From Candidatus Moraniibacteriota bacterium (GTDB taxonomy: Bacteria > Patescibacteriota > Minisyncoccia > Moranbacterales > UBA1568), in NCBI GenBank assembly GCA_037441965.1, contig JBBIRD010000001.1, positions 2,255 to 66,254 on the forward strand: a stretch of 64,000 bases of DNA. Reading direction: 5' to 3'. Below the pieces are notes generated by a model. The model worked only from the letters and a program-made list of their open reading frames with translations. It made no database searches and was not told the origin of the DNA. The translations under genes and the position numbers were made by a program. Of the stretch, positions 30,326 through 39,478 are shown in pieces (the stretch's first letter is position 1; every line of letters starts with the position of its first letter).

Positions 30326-30751
30326 ATGTTTATGCAGAATTATCTTGGATTAGATTTTGGTACAACAAATATTGGCATTGCTCTTGCTCATTTTGAAACA
30401 AAAGTTGCTCTTCCTTACTGTACTTTGAAAAATGATGAAACGATACTCAAGAAAATAGGTGAGATTATATCGAAGGAAGATATCGGCACGATAGTTATTG
30501 GTATTCCGACATATACAATAGCACCTGCGAAAGAATACGAAGCAAAGATTTTTGGAGATACTCTTTTACAACATTTTCCTGTTAAAATTGTGTATCAAGA
30601 TGAAATGTTTACCACTCAGATGGCGGAGAAAAATCTCATAAAACAGGGGATAAAGCATGTTTCTAAAAATAATGACGAAGAAGCATCGCGCATTATCTTA
30701 CAAGAATGGATAGATCATTTTTCGAAACATATTGAAGAAAAGAATATTTGA
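30326..30751 (+). CDS. ruvX: Putative pre-16S rRNA nuclease / Holliday-junction resolvase-like YqgF (RuvX)
   Basis: The LGLDFGTTNIGIALA N-terminal motif of the RNase H-like fold is present. The product is 141 aa. Confidence 0.7.
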   Translation: MFMQNYLGLDFGTTNIGIALAHFETKVALPYCTLKNDETILKKIGEIISKEDIGTIVIGIPTYTIAPAKEYEAKIFGDTLLQHFPVKIVYQDEMFTTQMAEKNLIKQGIKHVSKNNDEEASRIILQEWIDHFSKHIEEKNI

Positions 30752-30795
30752 GAGTATACTAAAGATGTCTTTTATTTATAAAAAACGCTATCTTT

Positions 30796-31194
30796 ATGGA
30801 AGAAGAAAATCAATTGTCAAGAAAGAAAGTGTGCATTGTAGATGATACAAATGAGATAAGAGAGATTTATGGTACTAAGTTTACTCGTGAAGGTTTTGTC
30901 GTAGTGATGGCCAAAGATGGCGAGGAGGCTCTCAGAGTGATCAAAGAAGAGCGTCCTGATGTTATTTTGCTTGATATACAAATGCCTGTTCTCGATGGGT
31001 TTGGTGTTTTGGAGGCTTTGAAAAACGATATTGATTTGAAAGACATCCCAGTCGTTATTTTGAGTAATGTTGATAAAGATGATGTATTTCAAAAAGTAAG
31101 TGATTTAGGGAGTGCAAAGTATTACCTTGTAAAATCTATCACTAATCCACAAAAAGTAGTTGATATTACTCTTGACGCTTTAGCAGGAAGATAA
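30796..31194 (+). CDS. Single-domain response regulator (CheY-like receiver), orphan
   Basis: It has KVCIVDD...DVILLDIQMP with the phospho-acceptor Asp. There is no output domain, and no histidine kinase gene is in the window. Confidence 0.7.
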   Translation: MEEENQLSRKKVCIVDDTNEIREIYGTKFTREGFVVVMAKDGEEALRVIKEERPDVILLDIQMPVLDGFGVLEALKNDIDLKDIPVVILSNVDKDDVFQKVSDLGSAKYYLVKSITNPQKVVDITLDALAGR

Positions 31195-31201
31195 GAAACA
31201 G

Positions 31202-31230
31202 AAACAGATCGGTATCGGTCTGTTTTTTTA
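31202..31230 (+). terminator. Rho-independent terminator after the receiver gene
   Basis: The AACAGATCG/CGGTCTGTT stem (9 bp with one G-U pair) encloses a GTAT loop and is followed by TTTTTTTT. Confidence 0.6.
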
Positions 31231-31311
31231 TTTCAGAAAGAAGATGTTCAGACCTTGAAGAAAAAGGGCATTTCAGGTAGAGTAAGAAAGTGATATGTAA
31301 TATACGTCTGT

Positions 31312-33762
31312 ATGAAAAAGAATATTCAATCAGTCTATTGTCCAAAGAAAATAGAGGAGAAATGGCAAAAAGAATGGAGGAAAAATGGTCATCCAAAGAC
31401 AAAAGGCAAGAATGGTACATATTATATTCTTGATATGTTTCCTTATCCATCAGGAGATGGCTTGCATGTTGGACACGTAGAAAATTTTACTGCAACAGAC
31501 ATCGTAGCTCGTTTCAAGAGAATGAATGGATACGATGTGCTTCATCCGATGGGTTGGGACGCGTTCGGATTACCAGCTGAGAATTTCGCTATCAAGACAG
31601 GTATTCATCCTCAGAAGAAAACACTGGAATGTATCAAGAACTTTAAGCGTCAGATGCAGTCTATTGGGCTATCGTATGATTGGGAACGAGAGATTAATAC
31701 TTCGAATCCAGAGTATTATAGATGGACACAGTGGATGTTCCTTTTTCTGTATAAGAACGGACTTGCTTATAAGAAAAAAGCAAAAGTGAATTGGTGTGAA
31801 GCCTGTCATACAGTACTGGCGAATGAACAAGTGATCGATGGTAAATGTGATCGTTCGGGTGATATTGTGGTGCAGAAAGATCTGGAACAATGGTTTTTCA
31901 AGATTACTGATTTTGTCGAAGATATGCGTTCCAAAAGTGGCAAAAAAGTTTCTGGTCTTCTTTCAGGATTACAAAAGATTGATTGGCCATCTTCAACTAT
32001 TTCAGCACAGGAACATTGGATCGGACGAAGTGAAGGAACGGAAGTGATATTTCCTCTTGCTCATACGGAAGAAGCGATAAAAGTTTTTACAACTCGAGTA
32101 GATACGATATTTGGATGTACCTATGTTGTGATCGCTCCTGAACACCCATTAGTAAAAACACTGGAATCTCAGATCGAAAACATTGAAGCGGTTCAGAAAT
32201 ATCTTGCCATAACAAAAAGAAAAACTGATCTTGAACGAACAGAATTAAACAAAGAGAAAACAGGAGTGCAATTGATTGGAGTAGAAGCGATCAATCCTTT
32301 TAATGGTAATAAAGTCCCGGTATATGTTGCTGATTATGTATTGGGAACATACGGTACTGGCGCAGTGATGGGGGTGCCTGCACACGATGAACGAGATTTT
32401 GCGTTCGCCAAAAAATATGCATTGCCTCTTATTGAGTCAATTATTCCATTGCAAGCGAAAAAAGAAGAATGCTTTACGGGTGACGGAGAACTTATTGATT
32501 CAGGAGTTTTTACAGGAATGACATCAAAAGAAGCGAGAGCGCAGATGTCAGTATGGTTGAAGAAAGAAAAAATGGGAGGCAAGCGCGTACAGTATCGCCT
32601 CCGTGATTGGCTCATTTCGAGACAAAGATATTGGGGAGCTCCTATTCCAATTATTTATTGCGATGATTGTGGTGAGGTTCCTGTTCCAGAAAAAGATTTG
32701 CCAGTGAAGCTTCCAAAAGATGTTGATTTTAGGCCAACTGGTGAATCTCCATTGGTTCGTTCTCGAGATTTTCATAAAGTGAAATGTCCAATCTGCCGAA
32801 AGAATGCCCGTCGTGAAGTTGATACAATGGATACTTTTGTTTGTTCCAGTTGGTATTATCTCCGTTTTACTGATCCAAACAATAAGAAGAAATTTGCGGA
32901 CGCAAAGAAACTCGCGAAGTACCTCCCAGTTGATTTCTATATGGGTGGCGCAGAGCATACAGTTCTCCATCTTTTGTATGCACGCTTTTTCACTAAAGCA
33001 CTTGCGAAATATGAATATACCAAATTTGATGAGCCTTTTCTCAAACTCCGTCATCAAGGTATGGTACTCGCTGAAGATGGTCGCAAGATGTCTAAATCAT
33101 TAGGAAATGTTATCAATCCCGATGCCGTTGTACAAGAACTTGGTGCAGACACTCTTCGTTTGTACGAAATGTTTATGGGCCCTCTTGAAGATATGAAAGG
33201 CTGGAATACTGGAAGCGTCATTGGTTTACGAAGATTTCTTGATAAAGTTTGGCGGTTACAGGAAAAGGTGGACATTCAGAATCAACAGAAAACATCTCAA
33301 AGAGTACTGTCTGGATTGCTCCATAAAACAATCAAGAAAGTTACTGAAGATATCGAAGAATTAAAATTCAATACAGCTATCAGTACTTTGATGATTCTTG
33401 TGAATGCTTTGGAAAAAGAAGAGACGTTGCCACGCAATGTTTATGAGGTACTACTTGCTATGCTTTCTCCTTTTGCTCCGCATATCACAGAAGAACTGTG
33501 GCATATAATGGGGAATAAGAAGTCTCTTTCTCTCGAAAAATGGCCAAAGTGGGATAAAAGAAAAATTATTGAAGAACAGTCGTCAATTGCTGTACAAGTA
33601 AATGGTAAGGTGCGATCAATACTGATTCTTGCGACAGGAAGTACTGAAAGAGAAGTGAAAGAAAAAGCGCTTGCAGATCCAAAAGTACAAGCGTATACAG
33701 AGGGCAAAGAAATTCGAAAAATAATTTATATCGCAGATAAAATATTGAGTATTGTTGTCTGA
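31312..33762 (+). CDS. leuS: Leucyl-tRNA synthetase
   Basis: It has the HVGH motif (PYPSGDGLHVGHVENF) and KMSKS. The product is 816 aa. Confidence 0.93.
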   Translation: MKKNIQSVYCPKKIEEKWQKEWRKNGHPKTKGKNGTYYILDMFPYPSGDGLHVGHVENFTATDIVARFKRMNGYDVLHPMGWDAFGLPAENFAIKTGIHPQKKTLECIKNFKRQMQSIGLSYDWEREINTSNPEYYRWTQWMFLFLYKNGLAYKKKAKVNWCEACHTVLANEQVIDGKCDRSGDIVVQKDLEQWFFKITDFVEDMRSKSGKKVSGLLSGLQKIDWPSSTISAQEHWIGRSEGTEVIFPLAHTEEAIKVFTTRVDTIFGCTYVVIAPEHPLVKTLESQIENIEAVQKYLAITKRKTDLERTELNKEKTGVQLIGVEAINPFNGNKVPVYVADYVLGTYGTGAVMGVPAHDERDFAFAKKYALPLIESIIPLQAKKEECFTGDGELIDSGVFTGMTSKEARAQMSVWLKKEKMGGKRVQYRLRDWLISRQRYWGAPIPIIYCDDCGEVPVPEKDLPVKLPKDVDFRPTGESPLVRSRDFHKVKCPICRKNARREVDTMDTFVCSSWYYLRFTDPNNKKKFADAKKLAKYLPVDFYMGGAEHTVLHLLYARFFTKALAKYEYTKFDEPFLKLRHQGMVLAEDGRKMSKSLGNVINPDAVVQELGADTLRLYEMFMGPLEDMKGWNTGSVIGLRRFLDKVWRLQEKVDIQNQQKTSQRVLSGLLHKTIKKVTEDIEELKFNTAISTLMILVNALEKEETLPRNVYEVLLAMLSPFAPHITEELWHIMGNKKSLSLEKWPKWDKRKIIEEQSSIAVQVNGKVRSILILATGSTEREVKEKALADPKVQAYTEGKEIRKIIYIADKILSIVV

Positions 33763-33776
33763 TAGAGAGATATTGT

Positions 33777-34463
33777 ATGCAATGTATTATTCTTGGAGCG
33801 GGAAGAGGAGTGCGAATGGGAAAATTGACGGAATGTACTCCAAAGCCGATGCTTCCTATACTAGGCAAACCTCTTTTGGAGTGGAAAATAGCTCTTCTTC
33901 CAGAAGAGATTGATGAAGTTATTATTACTATCGGACATCTTGGCGAACAAATCGAAACATATTTTGGATACGAGTGGCAAGGAAGAAAAATAAGTTATGT
34001 TCATCAAAAAAATCTTGATGGTACGGGTGGTTCGATACGTTCAGTGTATGAATCAAAACAGCTCATTTTCCCAATCCTCGTGATTATGGGTGATGATTTG
34101 TATTTGACGGAAGATTTAGAGCGTCTTATGAAACACTCTCTTGCTGTCCTTGGTTGTGAGGTTTCAAATTCGAGTCAGTTTGGAGTGCTCTGTACTGATG
34201 AAACGGGTGCACTGATGCGAATTATGGAGAAACCTCATCCAGCAGAATACAAACTGGTGAATACGGGTGCGTATATTTTAAACGAGCATTTTTTTGAGTA
34301 TCCGCTCGTGCCCATTTCCGAAAAAGAATATGGGCTTCCGCAGACACTCGTACAAATGAAAGAAAAATATAACATTGTAGTAGAAAAAACAAATGTTTGG
34401 TTTCCTATTGGTACACCAGAAGCACTTGAAACTGCCCAAACAAAAATAAAGAGGTTTTTGTAG
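33777..34463 (+). CDS. Sugar-phosphate nucleotidyltransferase (NTP-transferase family)
   Basis: The N-terminal segment GAGRGVRMGKLTECTPKPMLPILGKPLL resembles the GlmU/RmlA/ManC nucleotide-binding loop. Confidence 0.65.
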   Translation: MQCIILGAGRGVRMGKLTECTPKPMLPILGKPLLEWKIALLPEEIDEVIITIGHLGEQIETYFGYEWQGRKISYVHQKNLDGTGGSIRSVYESKQLIFPILVIMGDDLYLTEDLERLMKHSLAVLGCEVSNSSQFGVLCTDETGALMRIMEKPHPAEYKLVNTGAYILNEHFFEYPLVPISEKEYGLPQTLVQMKEKYNIVVEKTNVWFPIGTPEALETAQTKIKRFL

Positions 34464-34548
34464 ATATAATGTGTGAATGTTTTTTTCTCTGGTCACGCTG
34501 TGTGAATGATGATACAATGAGTACATTCTTTTTTTTAACACAACGAAA

Positions 34549-35220
34549 ATGCGTACGAGTATTACTGATTATCTTACTTTAGAGAAGCCACTTATTGTTT
34601 TTGATCTTGAAACTACCGGACTTGGTATTGGAGAAGATAAAATTATTGAATTGGCATACGAAAAGATTCTACCGAATGGAGAAATTATTCCTTATTGTCA
34701 GCGTATCAATCCTGGAAGACCGATTCCAAAAGTTTCAAGCAGTATCAATGGTATCTACGATGAAGATGTGGTGAATATGCCGAGTTTTGCAAAATTATCG
34801 TACGAGCTTTGGAGCTCTTTCGAAGGATCTGATTTGAGTGGATTTAACATTACTGGTTTCGATCTCCCATTTCTTCGTGGGGAGTTTGCTTCTGTTGGGA
34901 AAACATTTGATTTTTCTTCCAAAAAAATTCTTGATGTCAAAGTACTCTATCATAAAATGGAAGCTCGTGATATGTTTGCTCCAAGAAATCTATCAGCTGC
35001 GTATAAATTATATTGTAACAAGGATCATATCGATGCGCATTCAGGAGCAGGCGATGTCCGTGCCACCGTAGAAATTTTAGAAGAACAATTGAAGAGATAC
35101 CCGGAGTTTCGTAATTGGGATTATATTGCTGATTTGCACGGAAATAAGAAACTCCTTGAATCTGTTAAAATGGAACATTCTCCTGTTGTTACTGAAGCAT
35201 CTCTTGGAACACTATTTTAA
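34549..35220 (+). CDS. DnaQ-like 3'-5' exonuclease (DEDDh family)
   Basis: It has the Exo I motif FDLETTGL and a C-terminal H...D motif (HSGAGD). Confidence 0.65.
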   Translation: MRTSITDYLTLEKPLIVFDLETTGLGIGEDKIIELAYEKILPNGEIIPYCQRINPGRPIPKVSSSINGIYDEDVVNMPSFAKLSYELWSSFEGSDLSGFNITGFDLPFLRGEFASVGKTFDFSSKKILDVKVLYHKMEARDMFAPRNLSAAYKLYCNKDHIDAHSGAGDVRATVEILEEQLKRYPEFRNWDYIADLHGNKKLLESVKMEHSPVVTEASLGTLF

Positions 35221-35225
35221 ACACT

Positions 35226-35720
35226 ATGAATACTCTTATTCTTTTTGGCGCAGAATATCTTTACCTTGTTGTTGTGATTTTTTCGTCTTTGTATATATGG
35301 CGTCAATCACGAGAGATGCGGTGGAAAATACTTCTTTGTATGAGTATTGCTTTACCTCTTACTTATATTGTAGCGAAGATTTTTAGTCTTTTTTATTATA
35401 ATGCTCGACCTTTTGTTGTTGATCATTTCACTCCTCTATTAGCACACGCAAACGATAATGGATTTCCTTCGGACCACACTCTTTTAAGTAGTGCTATCGC
35501 AATAAATATCTTCTTTTTTCAACGAAGGCTCGGTATAGTACTTCTGATCATTTCTGTTATGGTAGGTACGGCGAGAGTTTTTGCGGGGATTCATCACAGT
35601 GTTGATATTGTAGGAAGCATTCTTATTTCTGGAGGAGTTGTTTCTCTTGTCTTTTTTTCTCTCTTTCCGAAAATATGGAGTATCTTCTCTCAAAAATATT
35701 TTTCATCTACTATCAAATAA
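35226..35720 (+). CDS. PAP2-family phosphatase (undecaprenyl-diphosphatase-like membrane protein)
   Basis: The three PAP2 motifs are present: KxxxxxxRP (KIFSLFYYNARP), PSDH, and SRxxxxxHxxxD (ARVFAGIHHSVD). It is a polytopic membrane protein. Confidence 0.7.
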   Translation: MNTLILFGAEYLYLVVVIFSSLYIWRQSREMRWKILLCMSIALPLTYIVAKIFSLFYYNARPFVVDHFTPLLAHANDNGFPSDHTLLSSAIAINIFFFQRRLGIVLLIISVMVGTARVFAGIHHSVDIVGSILISGGVVSLVFFSLFPKIWSIFSQKYFSSTIK

Positions 35721-35723
35721 TCT

Positions 35724-36572
35724 ATGGCACTCATATATGGAAAACCGATAGCAGATATGATTTCTGCAGATACAAAAAGAAAGATGGTCCTTTCTGGTAT
35801 AGTTCCTGGTTTAGCAGTGATTTTGGTGGGGGATGATGCATCATCACATCTGTATGTCAATCTCAAAGAAAAAGCAGCGCAGAATATCGGTGTTCATTTT
35901 GAGAAATATATTTTTTCAAAAGATGCCGATCAGAAAGTGATCGAAGAATGTATTGATACGCTTAATATACGAGAGGACATACACGGTATTATCGTGCAAC
36001 TCCCGCTTCCAGAAGGATTTGATACTGATGCAATTATTACTCGCATCGATCCGTCGAAAGATACAGATGGATTTCACAAAGAAACGGTAAAAAATTTCCT
36101 TTTAGGAGATAAAGAATCATGTCCTGTTTTTCCTTTAGCTATTCTTTCTCTTCTTCGGTCTGCAGGCGGATATCGTATGTTTGATAACGCAGTTGTTATT
36201 GTTAATTCTGTATTGATGGGAGAAGTGATGACACAAGCGCTTCTTCTTGAGGGATTACGAGCGGAATATATTTTGAGTAACGAATCAAAAGAGTCTATTA
36301 GAGAGAAAACAAAAGAAGCTCAGGTTATTGTTTCGGCTTCCGGGAAAGCAAATTTTATTACTGGTGATATGATTCAGGCGAATAGTATTATTATCGACGG
36401 AGGCATTAGTCATATTGAGAATAAGATTGTCGGTGATGTAGAGAGGTTTACAGTTGAGAATAAAGCACGATTCCTTTCACCTGTTCCAGGAGGAGTCGGA
36501 CCAGTTACTGTTGCAACACTTCTTGATCGTGTTACTGATATGGCTCTTCGCTCATTGACAAAGAATGATTGA
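35724..36572 (+). CDS. folD: Bifunctional methylenetetrahydrofolate dehydrogenase/cyclohydrolase
   Basis: It contains PGLAVILVGDDASSHLYVNLK and PVPGGVGPVTVATLL, both characteristic of FolD. Confidence 0.85.
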   Translation: MALIYGKPIADMISADTKRKMVLSGIVPGLAVILVGDDASSHLYVNLKEKAAQNIGVHFEKYIFSKDADQKVIEECIDTLNIREDIHGIIVQLPLPEGFDTDAIITRIDPSKDTDGFHKETVKNFLLGDKESCPVFPLAILSLLRSAGGYRMFDNAVVIVNSVLMGEVMTQALLLEGLRAEYILSNESKESIREKTKEAQVIVSASGKANFITGDMIQANSIIIDGGISHIENKIVGDVERFTVENKARFLSPVPGGVGPVTVATLLDRVTDMALRSLTKND

Positions 36573-36605
36573 TTCTTTATCATTCCTTCAAGAGAAAATA
36601 AAAAT

Positions 36606-36691
36606 GCCGAGGTGGTGGAATGGTAGACACACGGGACTCAAAATCCCGCGATAGCAATATCATGAGGGTTCAAGTCCCTCCCTCGGCACCA
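36606..36691 (+). tRNA. tRNA-Leu(CAA), CCA encoded
   Basis: The acceptor stem is GCCGAGG/CCTCGGC, the anticodon loop is CTCAAAA, there is a long variable arm, and the T-arm is GGTTCAAGTCC. Confidence 0.85.
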
Positions 36692-36961
36692 AGACAAAAC
36701 TTTTTGGCTTTTTGGGAACAGAACTTGGGTGGCACGGAGTGCTACTATGTTGTTTTTTCTCACAAATCCTCTTCGTTTAACAATCTCAAAAAAATCTTTG
36801 CTTTTAGATGTGTGTGCTCTTGATTCTTTCTAAAAATGAAAGGTTTTTTTCTTTGTGGTTTTGTCTTCCAAGTGTTCAAGTAGTGTGGCAGAACTTCAAT
36901 AGGAATAAGACAAAACGAAATTTGTTTTTCTGGAAAGAACTATAAAGTTACATTGTAAGTA

Positions 36962-36990
36962 TTGACAGAATAGATAATATGTGCTATTAT
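36962..36990 (+). promoter_or_regulatory. Promoter (TTGACA-17-TATTAT) for the small gene at 37105
   Basis: The -35 is at 36962-36967 and the -10 at 36985-36990. An AAGGAG Shine-Dalgarno sequence sits 7 nt before the ATG at 37105. Confidence 0.5.
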
Positions 36991-37104
36991 TGAACCTTAG
37001 TTTAAGGTGATGAAAATCCCTTAAATGAAAGAATGTTCTTTTTAAATTACCTCATACGTGAACGACTCATATCGAGTACGGCGTAGAGGTATAAGGAGAT
37101 TATA

Positions 37105-37305
37105 ATGCAACAAGTGATATTTCAATCGTTAGTCCTGTTCATCGTTTTGAACGGACTGGTGATCATAGTAGGCGGAACCTGCCTGGCGGGAAGGATGAAC
37201 CGCTGGTTAGGAACCGTTTTGCTTCGTGCGACGCGTGGTATCCTCAGCTGGTTTATCCGGCTGATAGCGGATATTCTGCGTGCGATCGCAGAAGGAATTC
37301 GATGA
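37105..37305 (+). CDS. Small (66 aa) membrane peptide, locally GC-rich (about 50% against about 36% background)
   Basis: It has a strong RBS, its own promoter and a downstream terminator. It has one TM helix and an amphipathic Arg-rich C-terminus. Confidence 0.5.
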   Translation: MQQVIFQSLVLFIVLNGLVIIVGGTCLAGRMNRWLGTVLLRATRGILSWFIRLIADILRAIAEGIR

Positions 37306-37317
37306 ATGCGTGAAAGC

Positions 37318-37362
37318 GAGTTGGGTCAGAGTACTCTTCTCGCTTTTTTCTTTGTGTATGTT
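37318..37362 (+). terminator. Terminator after the small gene
   Basis: An AAGCGAG...CTCGCTT stem containing an inner AGAGTACTCT palindrome is followed by TTTTTTCTTT. Confidence 0.5.
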
Positions 37363-37402
37363 TATTATAGTGCGGTAATTGCCCCTCTTATTATTTGAAT
37401 GA

Positions 37403-37431
37403 TTGATAGTTATTTGCTGATAGACTATAAT
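37403..37431 (+). promoter_or_regulatory. Promoter (TTGATA-17-TATAAT) upstream of parA
   Basis: The -35 is at 37403-37408 and the -10 at 37426-37431. Confidence 0.45.
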
Positions 37432-37476
37432 AGAAAAAGAGAGAAATAAGATTGTTTTATTTGCGGATTTTTTTAT

Positions 37477-38280
37477 ATGGCAAAAGTAATTGGATTTATC
37501 AATCAGAAGGGTGGGGTAGGAAAAACTACTTCGACAATTAATGTTGCAACATATTTAGCGGAAGCAGGGAAGAAGGTTCTTCTTGTTGATCTGGATCCTC
37601 AAGGGAATGCTTCTTCTGGTTTAGGGATCAACGCTAAGAGTCTTGAGAAAAATCTTTACCATGTGATGATTTTGGGTAATTTGCCTCAAGAAATTATTTT
37701 GCGTACGGAAGTAGAAGGTCTTCATATTATTCCTGCAGCACAAGATCTGGCTGGCGCAGAAGTTGAGATGGTGCATATTGAAGGGCGTGAGTTTCGTTTG
37801 TATCAGGCATTGCGTCATATTCAATCGTATTATGATTATATTTTGATCGATAGTCCGCCGTCGCTTGGTCTTCTTACTATCAATGGACTCGTAGCAAGCG
37901 ATGAAGTGGTGATACCAGTACAAACAGAATACTATGCTCTTGAAGGATTGTCGCAACTTTTAGGAACAATTGAACTTGTGCGTGAACATTTGCAACCAAA
38001 ATTAAGAATTATGGGAGCGCTTCTTACGATGTATGATAGACGCAATCGCCTTGCTCGTCAGGTGATTTCTGAAGTAAGAGCTCATTTTCCTGGACCAGTT
38101 TTTGAAACAGTTATACCGAGATCTGTCAGACTTGCAGAGGCGCCAAGTTTTGGAAAGTCAATACTTGACTTCGACGCTTTCTCTAAGGGCGCTCGTGCGT
38201 ACAAGAGTGTTGTTCGTGAGATATTAAGGCGTGATGCTGAGGAAGAAGAACAAAAAAAAATCAATGGAAGTAATGTATAA
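37477..38280 (+). CDS. parA: Chromosome partitioning ATPase ParA/Soj
   Basis: It has the deviant Walker A motif KGGVGKTT and LVDLDPQGNAS. Confidence 0.88.
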   Translation: MAKVIGFINQKGGVGKTTSTINVATYLAEAGKKVLLVDLDPQGNASSGLGINAKSLEKNLYHVMILGNLPQEIILRTEVEGLHIIPAAQDLAGAEVEMVHIEGREFRLYQALRHIQSYYDYILIDSPPSLGLLTINGLVASDEVVIPVQTEYYALEGLSQLLGTIELVREHLQPKLRIMGALLTMYDRRNRLARQVISEVRAHFPGPVFETVIPRSVRLAEAPSFGKSILDFDAFSKGARAYKSVVREILRRDAEEEEQKKINGSNV

Positions 38281-38343
38281 ATCTCAAGATGTGTTTCTCT
38301 ATCGTATATCTAAAAAAATATTTTACATTCATATAACAACATT

Positions 38344-39354
38344 ATGTCACAACAATATGGACTAGGGAGAGGATTAGCTTCTCTGATACCACCGAAAAAA
38401 GATACAGATACGCATAACACTCCTTCGCAGTCTTTTTCGGATACTCTTATTCATCCTTCGAATATGCCGTTTCCTCAGAAAGAAGAGAGAAAGTCCATAC
38501 AAGAGAATTATACTAAAGAAACAGATGGACAAAACATTCTTTCTTCATCTTCAAGTCATCTTGATACAGAGAATAAACAGCGTTCCGTGGTAGAAATTCC
38601 TCTTGGGAAAATTGTGCCAAATCCACATCAACCACGCCTTCAGTTTGATGATGCAAAATTGACAGAATTAGCAGAATCTATCAAAGAACACGGTATTCTT
38701 CAGCCACTGGTAGTTACAAAATCCGGTAATGATACGTATGAAATTATTGCTGGAGAGCGTCGTTTTCAAGCATCGAAGAAAGCTGGTCTTGATACTGTTC
38801 CTGTATTGGTGCGTGATGCGACGGAACAAGAGAAACTGGAATTGGCTATTATAGAGAATATTCAGCGTCATGATCTGAACCCTATCGAAGAAGCAAAAGC
38901 ATTTTTACGCTTACAAGAAGAGTTTGGTTTGGGACAAGAAACAGTAGCGAAGAAAATGGGCAAAAGCCGTAGTGTCGTTTCAAATACTCTGAGACTTCTC
39001 CATCTTCCTATCGAGATACAAAGAGCCATTTCCGAAGGGAAAATTAGTGAAGGACATGCAAAAGCATTACTTTCGATAGAGAATCCTGAGAAACAAAGAG
39101 CTGTATTTGAATTGATTTTGAAGGAAGGACTTACGGTACGTGAAACAGAAATCAAAGTGCGGAGTGTCGCTGTTGGATCACATATTCGAAGTTCTGTCGT
39201 GTTACATCCAGAGATTCTTTCTCGTACTGAACATCTGACGGAAATATTGGGTACAAAAGTGAAGATTGCTCCTTCTGGTAAGGGAGGAAAAATTATGATT
39301 GAATACTACTCTCCGGAAGATCTCGATGGTATTCTTCGTCGTTTGGAGGAATAA
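38344..39354 (+). CDS. parB: Chromosome partitioning protein ParB/Spo0J, with an N-terminal extension of about 90 aa
   Basis: The ParB box GERRFQASKKAG and an HTH are present, preceded by a low-complexity N-terminal region. Confidence 0.85.
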   Translation: MSQQYGLGRGLASLIPPKKDTDTHNTPSQSFSDTLIHPSNMPFPQKEERKSIQENYTKETDGQNILSSSSSHLDTENKQRSVVEIPLGKIVPNPHQPRLQFDDAKLTELAESIKEHGILQPLVVTKSGNDTYEIIAGERRFQASKKAGLDTVPVLVRDATEQEKLELAIIENIQRHDLNPIEEAKAFLRLQEEFGLGQETVAKKMGKSRSVVSNTLRLLHLPIEIQRAISEGKISEGHAKALLSIENPEKQRAVFELILKEGLTVRETEIKVRSVAVGSHIRSSVVLHPEILSRTEHLTEILGTKVKIAPSGKGGKIMIEYYSPEDLDGILRRLEE

Positions 39355-39478
39355 GAGAAAAAGAAAAAAGAGAAACCTTTTGTTCTGGGGATTTTTTTAT
39401 GCTCTTCTCCTTGCTCTCTTTGCAAATGTGTTCTAAAATACGATTAAATACTCTATTTTTTTAATCGCATTACATTGT

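Noticed and set aside
31231-31311. Possible T-box riboswitch upstream of leuS or trpS.
   Set aside because: The leaders of about 80 and 35 nt are far too short for a T-box.
36620-36823. 67-aa plus-strand ORF.
   Set aside because: It overlaps tRNA-Leu(CAA), and the ORF is an artefact of the tRNA sequence.
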